Shown here: in pieces, positions 54,239 through 64,000 of the stretch
How positions within the stretch are numbered: the stretch's first letter is position 1
Layout of the letters: each line of letters begins with the position of its first letter
DNA from: Euprymna scolopes
Lineage: Eukaryota
Length of the DNA: 64,000 nucleotides
Reading direction: 5' to 3' (one strand)
Assembly (NCBI GenBank): GCA_053919585.1
Contig: CM132826.1
Notes under the pieces: generated by a model
What the model saw: only the letters and a program-made list of their open reading frames with translations
Databases searched by the model: none
What the model was told of the DNA's origin: nothing
Made by a program: the position numbers and the translations under genes

Positions 54239-54402
54239 NNNNNNNNNNNNNNNNNNNNNNNNNNNNNNNNNNNNNNNNNNNNNNNNNNNNNNNNNNNNNN
54301 NNNNNNNNNNNNNNNNNNNNNNNNNNNNNNNNNNNNNNNNNNNNNNNNNNNNNNNNNNNNNNNNNNNNNNNNNNNNNNNNNNNNNNNNNNNNNNNNNNNN
54401 NN
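54239..54402. other. Assembly gap (N run)
   Basis: Run of n characters. Confidence 1.
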
Positions 54403-55433
54403 TAATTACACGTTATATTAAAAGATTAAAAACATAATTTATATCCTTAATTTGTTAAATAAGCCATCGTAGCACGTCTTGGATCTGTCTGATTAAATTA
54501 ATTATTAAATCATAGACGCCTTCTAGGAATCAATGAACCGAAAACATCAAACGGCCTGAATTATCTCCCTTTAGCTGTTACAGGAAATAAAATCGACCTC
54601 TTTTCCAACAGAATTAACTAGTAGCAATTAACAACATAATTGGATTATCTCCCTTCATAATCGTCTTTAGTAACGATATGAACACATATTTAAGTAGAAT
54701 GACAATGAATTTTAATACATTAAATAATAACAAATAAATTAGAATACCTTACTCGAAATGCTGTACAAGGATTTATATATATAATATAGCCTTTTTATTT
54801 ATTCTCATATTCAATTAAACTTTAAACCGAAAAAAGGTCTTAAATCTAAGTACTAAAATAACGATAATCTGTAAACATTACTTGCCACTAATACGAAACT
54901 AAAATTAACCGTAACATGATTGCAAGGTTGTTACGGCCATACTATAAATATAGACATAAAAATAAATAAAAAAATATTTTCGTAAAAAAAATGAATTATT
55001 GGGAAATAAAGAAACAGCGAGATCTAATTTAGGAACACAGCGAATGGGATATATAAAAAAAAATTTTTTAATGGCTTAGGGTTTTCTGTGGAAACTTCTC
55101 ATGACTCTGTTCTTAAATAAGGATACGAAAATTAGGTGATATATTAATATTTAAATGGGCTTTTCCGTAGCTATTGCAAAGGTAAATGTTTCTCACATGC
55201 TTTTTCCGTTAAGGGAATTTTTCCTTTTCTTTCGTTTTTCTTTCTCTTCAAAAATGTTCTATTGTCAAAAGTTTTTTTATTCATAAAGTCGGAAGAAATG
55301 CTGGTTTTTAACAATTTTCAAACGCTATAATGTTTGAAATTGTCGGCTGGACATGGATACAATTGTAACGTAAAATGAAATACACTTTTTGTTGCCACGA
55401 ACACCTTTTTTGAAGTCTTGATTTGCTTTCACA

Positions 55434-55504
<71 letters not shown>

Positions 55505-55508
<4 letters not shown>

Positions 55509-56379
55509 CGGGGAGGGGGCGGCTTTGTCCTGTCGTAAAATACGCTTAAATATGATATTTTGATTCGTCCAGATTTCGTATATATTATTATGGAGTTGTG
55601 ATTTCACAGTAAAAAAAAAAGTATTTGGGTTCCATCAGCGAAAATCGAAACCGAAGTCAAAACTGTAACATTCAAAGCTTGTAACGTTACCACTGCACCA
55701 ACATGACACGCTTATGAACAGATTAAAGTAAACTTAAATGAAAGTACAAAACGTATAACGATTTTTTCAATTTTGAAACTTAAAAACTATTTTAACCGGG
55801 TGAAGACCCATACAAGACCGGCCCATAAAAATCCAATTATTTGAGGCCCCGAGCATCGCTCTGCGACTTTTAGTTTCGGAGGAGATAGAGTTTAGAAAAC
55901 ATGGAGATGAACAGTCATAGAGAGTTTTTTTTTTAATTAGACAAGCGGGGGGGGGGCTTTTCCCGGTCGTAAAATACGCTTAAATATGATGTTGTAATTT
56001 GTCCAGATTTCGTATATATTATTATATAATTGTGATTTCAAAAGTAAAGAAAAAATTTGGGGGGGGGCATGAGTTAGAATCGAAACCGAAAGCAAAGAAT
56101 TCAAAGCTGGTTACGTTACCACTGTACCAACGTGACACGTATATCAACTGCTTAAAAATTAAAAATAAACTAAAATAAATGTACAAAATGTATAACGATT
56201 TTTTTCAATTTTAACTTTTTGACCCCTTAAAAACTATTTTAACCGGCTAAAGACCCATAAAAAACGGTTAATAAAAAATCCAATCATTTGAGGCTCCTAG
56301 CGACGATCTGCGATTTTTAGTTTCGGGAGAGATAGAAATATTGAGACAGACAGGTGTATAACCTTTTAAATATATATAG
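55505..56379 (-). mobile_element. Tandem pair (~437-bp period) of Helitron-like non-autonomous units, each with a tRNA-like segment
   Basis: GTCGTAAAATACGCTTAAATATGAT at 55531 and 55966, collinear similarity throughout, degenerate TAG plus GC-rich end. The pair ends CTTTTAAATATATATAG. Confidence 0.6.
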
Positions 56380-56500
56380 CGAAATGGTTAGAAGCTTCGA
56401 CTGTCATTTAGGCGGTCGAGTTTCGATCCTTGTTTGAAATAGTTGCTTGTCTAGCCGCACTGATGAGCTGTACAGCGGAGCAGTACTGTATGTGGATGAC
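56376..56500 (+). mobile_element. tRNA-headed hammerhead SINE, copy 5 (core mutated)
   Basis: ATAGCGAAATGGTTAG..GACTGTCAT..GTTTCGATCC..GTCTAGCCGCA-CTGATGA-GCTGTACAGC-GGAGC-AGTACT-GTA-TGTGGATGAC-TATA. Confidence 0.85.
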
Positions 56501-57059
56501 TATAATGCTCCTTATCTTAGGTTGAGCTGAGCATATTGGGAAGTGATATACAAATACAATATATATATATATTGTTTAATGTATTAGATTATTCTACACC
56601 AAATATAAGTCCAGATATGCTTGTTTAATGTATTAGATTATAAGTCCAGATATGCTCCGGATCTTTCAAAACACGCAATCTCTTCTTCAGAAGGTAATAA
56701 CACAATTTTGAAAAAAAATCATCTTCTCATATTTTTAACATAAAATCAAAATAATAAAAGTTAATGATTTTATGCTTTGAAAGTATCAAATCATTTAAAA
56801 TATTAAAAAAAATATTGCACATTGTTCCAAACAATAATTTGAAGCATGAAATTAAAATAGTAATATTTTCCTTTTGTCATCAAAATATCAATTTGTGCCA
56901 TTCTAAAGACGTCAGTAGATGGTGTTTTTTTTAATATTTAAATTTCAAATTAATTGTATTAGGAATCTTTTCACCATGATCTTGAAAATACATTTATAAA
57001 CACTTTTTATAACATCTTTGAAAGTGTATACCACACAGGATCAGTTATTCTATTGACAT

Positions 57060-57720
57060 ATGGCTTCGTTTTGGGTTTTTTTAACATATAAAATGGCTTT
57101 TGACAATGTTTGGCATAAAGATATAATTCACAAGACTTTTATTTGGAAATGTCTCATCAAACATCAAATCCCTTCTCTTTGATTGATTTATCAAAGTAGT
57201 TATTGATCGACAAAAGTCTGGAGCTCAGCAACGTTGGCGGCTTTCAATGGTCCGTTCTGAGTCCTAAACCTCTTTATCTTCTGAACTTCATCAATAATCT
57301 CAATCACATTCTAAGATTATCGCCAAGATAAAATATGCAGATGCTTCAGAAGATATCTCACCCTTAAAACAATCCTCTACCTGTACAAAAGCCATAACCT
57401 TCTGAAGATAGAGCACTGTTACCATATCTGAGGAGGTGCTGATTAAAGAATCTTTTCCTGCCTTGGCAGTGTAAAAACCGCCTCCAAAATCTAGTGGGCG
57501 ATGGCCTTTTCCCTCCTACTACCTCTTTATCATAGAAGAGACGTTGTTAGTCTTTCTTCGCTCTATCAATATTTTCTTCGTGGACTGAGTTTCTAAATAT
57601 ACCATACCCCCTTCTGTAAAACATTCGTAATAGAGACGAGCGGGAATCATATTCATTGATTGAAAAATTTTTAGTGCACACATTCATGTGTAATCAAGTT
57701 TTTCATTTATTTCGGGGATA
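57060..57720 (+). mobile_element. Very degenerate LINE RT remnant
   Basis: GCTTTTGACAATGTTTGGCAT (AFDNVWH), a GSVLSP.LF-like stretch and TATGCAGATG (YAD). Confidence 0.55.
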
Positions 57721-59810
57721 ACGAAAAAGAAAGGAATAAGCTAACAGAATTGATAAGAAACAGAGTAGCTATAACTTCACAGACCTTCAGAAATAGACAA
57801 GAATGGGAAAACAAACCATATAAACGAGAGACGAAAATAGCAGGATCACAGGTAGCACGGAACACAAGAATACAAGAGACGCCAACACTATCTCTTCGAC
57901 CGAATTATCGTCGAGTTAAACTTTATTGTATTATGTTCACAACTCATTTGAAAAGATTTTGAAAGGGGAATTGAGAATAACATGTTAACAATTGGAGAGT
58001 TGATAAGTGGGTTCAACGGAGAGCAAGTGTGGGAACGATATGCAAATGAGCGCCCATGGGGGTGGCACCACGAGAGATGAAAGCGAAGAAGAATGGTTAG
58101 AGTGTGAATGACACAGAGGTGTGGAAACTCGAAAAGAACGGTCGTTGGCAAACCTACTAAGAATCACACGTTGTGATAGGTACTGATCTGCCTATCAGTT
58201 TATCAATCTATCTAATAGTTACTTAAGAAAATATAACTATCTCTCTCCTACATAAGGAAGTGTACATTTATGACGCTATCGTTTGCTGAGGGAGGCTTAC
58301 TTGGTTGAGGAAACTAGCTCCCCGATCAACGATATCAAACGGTAGGCACATCAACGGGTCGATATGCCGTCGGCTATAACCAACTGCATTGGTCTTGTCA
58401 TGACGTCATTGCGGCCAGGATTTTATCATTATTTTTTATGATAGAAACCGTTGGGCTGAAATTGAACGCTTATATAAAAATAGCGAACAAATGCATTTTT
58501 ATAGAAATATATAATTTATTTTACATTTAACACTGGAGGAGCATATTTAATCAGTGATTGTCGACCCACGTCTGTCGTCACTTGTGTACAGACCAGACTA
58601 CTACATGTCTGCTTTCAACGTCCAACACCTTAACTGTTTTTAAAACAATATAATTATACTTCAATTCTCTCTTTCAATGAAGAAAGGAATAGAAAGAGAG
58701 TGATAGAACGTAAAAGAGAAAGAGAGTGAAAAGCCATAAAAAGAGAGAAAGAGGTTAATACATAATGTGTGAGCAGTGTTTTGTTTTTGTATGCCTCGAT
58801 GACGAGTTCTTTTGGATTTGACCTTTAAATTCTAGGGTCTCAGATCGTTTTGACTTGGACATTATAAACAATTGTCACTCTTGACTCGAGTCATACCTGA
58901 TTGATATAATTTCCAAAATCACGTAGCACCTGCATGACACGCGTTTACTTCCCCACAAGTACAAAACTAGTTGTGCACAAGGTTAGAAGCCCCCAGCTCC
59001 CCATTGTGCCACATATTGTACTTGTGATAATCATAAGTACAATTTACACTTCTTAACATTTACACAATTTCCCTATTTTTTGCAAGGTACAACCTTTAGT
59101 AGTAGTAGTAGTAGTAGTAGTAGTAAGTTTCTTTAACTGTGTCGTCACATGAACAATATTTATCTATTCTTATATGCAGAAATAATAGTGCACTATTGCA
59201 CACATATTGTACGCGTTTACAGAAAAAAATCTTGATCAATATTTGTTTTAATATCCTATAACTGAATAACCAAGAGTTTACGCACTTATTTACACAATAA
59301 AACATATTCTCGGTATAATCTGTATGCTGCCAATATTTATTCCAAACATTTGAGCATTAGAAACCACTAATATGATGAATGCACTATGTTTTTAACGCAG
59401 TTCTACAAACTTATTGTTGTTTTATATTCAAAAGAGGAAAACGCAACAACACTTTAAAGGTATGTGCGCATTTGCCTTTCTGTCTAGAAGGAATGGTTGA
59501 AGGATGCAGAAAAAAGCAAACTACCGAGATAATGCCATGATAGCGTACATCCCCAGACTTCCAAATTAATCTGCCAGCTAAAGAAACTAGTGAGAATGAC
59601 AGCAGGTCTTGGAGATAAGTTGTAACATAATATGCCGAATTCCGCAGTATGTTTAAAAGGAATGGTGGAAGTGTGCAGGAAGAGGAGTTGACTTATAATT
59701 CTGAACTTCCTGATCATTCAGTTCGTTAAATAAAGTATTGACAGAAAAAGATCTTGAAGATAGTTAAGGTATTATCGATCGAATTCTGTATGAAGAGCAT
59801 GATGATATGA

Positions 59811-59818
59811 TGTTGTTG

Positions 59819-59850
<32 letters not shown>

Positions 59851-59890
59851 GGTGGTGGTGGTGGTGGTGGTGGTGGTGGTGGTGGTGGTG
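59811..59890. repeat. Compound trinucleotide microsatellite (TGT)n(TGG)n
   Basis: Direct reading of the sequence. Confidence 0.95.
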
Positions 59891-60369
59891 TAAGCCTTCA
59901 TCTTTGAAATCTCTTGTTGACGTCATTGCCGCAAGGAGTTGTCATGCTTATAAAATCTCCAATCAATAACTATGAATTTTCAACTTGATGTTCGATACTG
60001 CATGATACATAGATACTGTGAAACGTTCGTATTTGCTACATGATTTATTAGAAAATATCGAAACAAACTAACAACTAATTAATGCTTCTTACACGTTGTT
60101 AAAGAACAGAACAGCAACGCGTCTTTCGTTTATAATTGAAAGTTTCATTATACCAGGAATAACTGCGTAAATCAATCGACAACACGAATTATGGACAAGA
60201 TGTTTTACTTGCTCTCATCAAAGAATAGAAATTGAATTTTTAATGGTAAACATTTTATTCAATTTTTGTTTATGAAATGTTATATGAACGATGGTTGCAC
60301 TTAGTTATCATTTGTAAATATGTTGGTGATGTTGAGGTTTAGTCACGAGCGGAGGACATTTTACCGCAC

Positions 60370-60825
60370 CTGATCGTGGCGTTAAGGACCCTTGCTTCGC
60401 CATTGTGATCGACCCTATCTCGAACATATAGTTCAGCTAGTGAATAATACAAATATAACTAAAACAGCTGCAATGTTACGTCCTGTGATTATTTTAAAGT
60501 ATTTTCACGGTGACTATTCTAACGAACGTGTTGTACTTGTGCTTACCCAACGTAAATACATCCAACAAGCAGCAAAACCCACCCTTTACTATCAAGGTCC
60601 CCAAAATGTCGTAAGGCTGTCTTACTCTAATAGCTTCTTTCCTCGATGTCTTTGAAATTCTTTTCGTGCTTCCGGTTTGCCCAACTGTACGAACATGCAG
60701 AAATTTAAATATAATGTGAACAAGCATCTCCGTTTAGGAATCCCCTATAGTTTTCCTCAGTTCACAGTAGTCACTTACGTTGCAGTGCGTCTTGTTTAGA
60801 GTGAATATAAATAAATAAAAAAAAC
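60370..60825 (+). mobile_element. Degenerate LINE 3' end fragment (same family) with A-rich tail
   Basis: YSNSFFPR, CCAACTGTACGAACATGCAGAAATTTAAATATAATGTGAACAAGCATCTC and GCAGTGCGTCTTGTTTAGAGTGAA followed by A-rich sequence. Confidence 0.78.
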
Positions 60826-61039
60826 AAGATCGCCATATTGAAATACTCTTTGCAATTAACAAGAAAGAGTTATCGCCCTTAATCCCCAATACTAAAGTAG
60901 GCAGTGAGAGGAGAGTAAGAATGTTAGGGTCTGGTGTATTTCACTTATTAAAAGTGCTTCCATGCCTGTGTTATTTTTATTTATCTTATTTGCCAAGGTT
61001 TAGGTACAACATCAAATGTTGGTTTGATGAAAGTGTTTC

Positions 61040-61110
61040 GGTGGAACGAACTGGATTCGAACTTGGCACATTAAAGTTTTCGGTCCTGTTCCTTAACCAC
61101 TTAGCCAATT
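61040..61110 (-). mobile_element. tRNA-derived head (SINE remnant or tRNA pseudogene)
   Basis: Minus strand TGGCTAAGTGGTTAAGG (A box)...AGTTCGAATCC (B box). No convincing acceptor stem. Confidence 0.6.
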
Positions 61111-61689
61111 TCACCTCTTTCATATCTATGTTAACAACTAAGCCGACGCCATTATCTGTGTTATAATGATGAACTACATTGATCGGGTATTTTAGCTAGT
61201 AAATAGTACAAATATAACTAAATCATCGTCAGCGAATTGAAAGTGTAAACATTTCTGTAATATGTGTCCATGTTTCATAATGCACATTGGAATCACATCG
61301 CTAATTGACTGAGCAAACGAACCCGCTTCAGATCGTGTCCGTTGGGGAAATGCACTCGATTCTTTCCACGTCGTCGTTTCTCAGTCGAGATTGTGTCAAC
61401 GTAAATGGAGGCTAAACATTGGTAAAACACAAAGATGGTGACAAATTGAAAACGTAGCTGAGGTGATCGAAGCAAAGAAAATTGGAAACACCCACGTTTG
61501 TTGTCGGCTCGTTGCTGAGGCAATGGCTCTGCAGTGATGACATGCTTGAAGAACATCGTGTGTAGTTGAAGAGTTCGATTGGGGAAATATCTTTATTGCC
61601 TTTATTGAAAAATAAAATGTCGAAAGGGAGAGAATTGAGTTTCGTAATTGATGATTGAAGGAGTTGCGTCAACTGACAGAAAGCAAGGA

Positions 61690-62480
61690 TGAAGTGAAAG
61701 CCGGGTAAAGAGAAAGGAGGACGGGAGCAATGCGGATGAAGCGAAAAGCAACGATTAGAGTGGTGGGGAGAGGTAAGAAATTAAAGCAAAGTGATCGGAA
61801 TGCAAAGCGAATTGAGAGCAAGGGGACGGAGAGAAATAACAAGGTGAGGGCGGAGACAAAACGGGGAGCAAAGTAGACAGAGAGCAAGGCAGGTAGCATG
61901 CAAGGTGGGTAGCGTGTAAGGCGGGCGGAGACAAAATGAGGAGCAAAGCGGATAAGGGAGCAAATAAATGAAGAGCAAAATAGATAAAGAGCTAAGCGGA
62001 CAGAGAGCAAGGCAAGAGGTGTGCAAATCGGGTAGCGTCCAAAGCGGGTGACGTACAAGGCGGGAAGCGTGTAAATCGGACGGAGACAAAATGGGGAACA
62101 AAGTGGACAAATAACAACTCAGATTGAGAGCAATGCGGAGAGCAATGCAGCAGAGCAATGCGGATGGCGTGCAAGGCTGGTAGTGTGTAAGGCGGGCGGA
62201 GACAAAACGGGGAGCAAAGTGGACAGAGAGCAAAGTAGATGAAGAGCACAAGCGATATAGAGCAAAATTCCTCGAGGGAAAGGCGGGCTAGATTAAAGCT
62301 GCCATGATGCAAGACAAGCGGGAACAAAGTAGTAGGAATGCAAGGCGGCAGAAAGGCGGAGAGCAAGGTGGACAGACAGCAAAGCGTACATATATTAAGA
62401 CGAGACTAAAACAAGGCGGGCAAGATCAAATCTTATGGATACAAGACGAGCAGATAGAGCAGAGCGAACAAGGAGTAAGT
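61690..62480. repeat. Purine-rich degenerate minisatellite
   Basis: CGGAGACAAAA(C/T)G(G/A)GGA(G/A)CAAAG recurs at about 61851, 61926, 62081 and 62197, with interspersed GAGCAA words. Confidence 0.8.
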
Positions 62481-62769
62481 AGTATATACATATATTAAGA
62501 AGATCTAAATAAAGACAAATGACACTTAACTTTATGTGTAGAATCCATATTCCAAAAAAAAAAAATCAAATTCCATCACATTTAATTTCAGAAAATATCT
62601 GAAATTTAAGTTTAAAGAATTTTAAGAAGAAACTGAAATTCAGTGATTTTTGCTTTATTGGTTTCCAATAACTATGGATCAAATTTTATGCAAATCTGAA
62701 ATATTTGATTTGTCAAATATGGGGGGGTCTATGCCCATTTATTATGTCACCTTGAATTTATATAAAATA

Positions 62770-63819
62770 CTAGCGGGGGTACCCGGCGTTGCCCGAGTGT
62801 TTGTTTCCGGGACGGGGGGGGGAGTTTTAAAAAACGTTATGGTAGGTAAGTAGGAAGGATCAAACCCGGAGTCATGAGTAAAAGTAGGAAAATAAAGTGT
62901 GAAAAAAAAACAAAAAAAACATCTGCAACGTTAACAGTTCGGCCACCAAGAAAAGTCCATTCCAGTTGTTTAGGAAAAAAAAAAAAAAAAACGACTACGG
63001 TAGGTCGGCGCGAACGTGAAAATATAATGTGAATTGTCCAGCACGCTAACCACTACGCCACAGAGCACTGCAGCTTAGTTTAGTGATTTTAAATAACTTC
63101 ACATGAAAGAACTACGAAGCCAAACCGGTGTTCTCTTCTCAACTGTTCCTTGTGAACGATCTCCAAACGGTGTTAAGTGGTGGCAGGGGGAGGAGAAATT
63201 TATTAGAGAGAAAATATTTTACCACTTCCATCGATCTTAACCGATTTTGGCCGTGACTTCTCAGCAGAAAAAGTATAGAAATCTAAGATTATCGAGGAAT
63301 TTGAGAAATAATAAGCCTATAACACACCTCAGATATTGTTCTGCCGTTTGTGCATATTATATTTGCATGAAATATCTTGATTTTTAATCCTATTAATGTC
63401 AAAATCCCACGGGAAAAAATGAGTTCATTTTATTTATATAGAAGAATAGAAGATAGAAGAGATAAAAAAATAAAAACATTTTTAAAAATTCTTAAAATTT
63501 CAGAAATATCCACTAAAATCCCTTTTAAATAATTTGAAGAAACTAAAAGTTGGAACACATTGTTTATGTGATTTCTAATATCGATTATTAAAATTTACAA
63601 AAATCGAAATTATTTGAAAGTTGCCGAAGGGCTTCCATCCTTCCTTTTACTTACTTTGCATAACAACTAAATTAAACTCAATATAGTCCACATTGCCACA
63701 TATGACACTTAACAACTGTGTTCTAAAATATTTAATGATCGGTTAATTAGTTTAGTAGCGAATCCTGTACATAGAAATATATCAACATATACATATACTT
63801 AGCTTTATATAAAGATAGA
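62770..63819 (-). mobile_element. About 1.05-kb non-autonomous Helitron
   Basis: Minus-strand 3' end CGGGCAACGCCGGG hairpin plus CTAG|T. The 5' end is A|TCTATCTTTATATAAAGC. Insertion between A and T with no TSD. Confidence 0.75.
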
Positions 63820-64000
63820 TAAGATTTTTATATATATTTTTATTTGCTGTTATTTATGACATTTTTTCGGACTGCTATTCTCGCAATGTTTAGAACGTTA
63901 CACTCCGACCTTTTTATGTAGCTTTTATTGTACTATTGAATTTCAAATTCTTTATTGAAACTTTAAAACAAAATTTAATTCGAGGAATTGTGCCTAGATA

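Noticed and set aside
48761-55607. Short ORFs containing YIYIYI or X runs
   Set aside because: Artefacts of (TA)n microsatellites and the N gap.
56650-56695. Possible minus-strand minimal hammerhead CTGAAGA..GAAAGATC
   Set aside because: Stems I-III are too weak to distinguish from chance.
59480-59930. Poly-His/Gln ORF and adjacent exon-like stretch
   Set aside because: The ORF is a translation of a microsatellite, neighbouring frames have stops, and there is no recognisable domain.
49185-63070. Functional tRNA or 5S rRNA genes
   Set aside because: The tRNA-like heads lack complete cloverleaf stems and terminators, and the 5S copies (45447, 52838) are heavily diverged. All are treated as repeat-derived.

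Overview
AT-rich eukaryotic (probably invertebrate animal) repeat DNA with no supportable host gene. Bases 1-31.2 kb are a young 40-bp tandem satellite with multi-kb internal duplications. It abuts a 5'-decapitated, decayed Gmr1-type Ty3/Gypsy LTR retrotransposon (integrase before RT; 31.2-36.4 kb). The rest is a transposon graveyard: CR1/L2-group LINE copies, a mariner fragment, non-autonomous Helitron-like elements, two 5S-derived SINE-like heads, older relics of the same satellite, microsatellites and one N gap. The most notable signal is a ~135-bp SINE-like family (5 copies, 49-56.5 kb) in which a tRNA(Asp-like) Pol III head is fused to a type I hammerhead ribozyme with a palindromic stem III, mostly next to (TA)n tracts. 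One copy has a fully intact core and stem II covaries between copies. A second, unrelated B-box plus hammerhead unit lies at 51.45 kb. All folds and alignments were done by eye and need computational confirmation.
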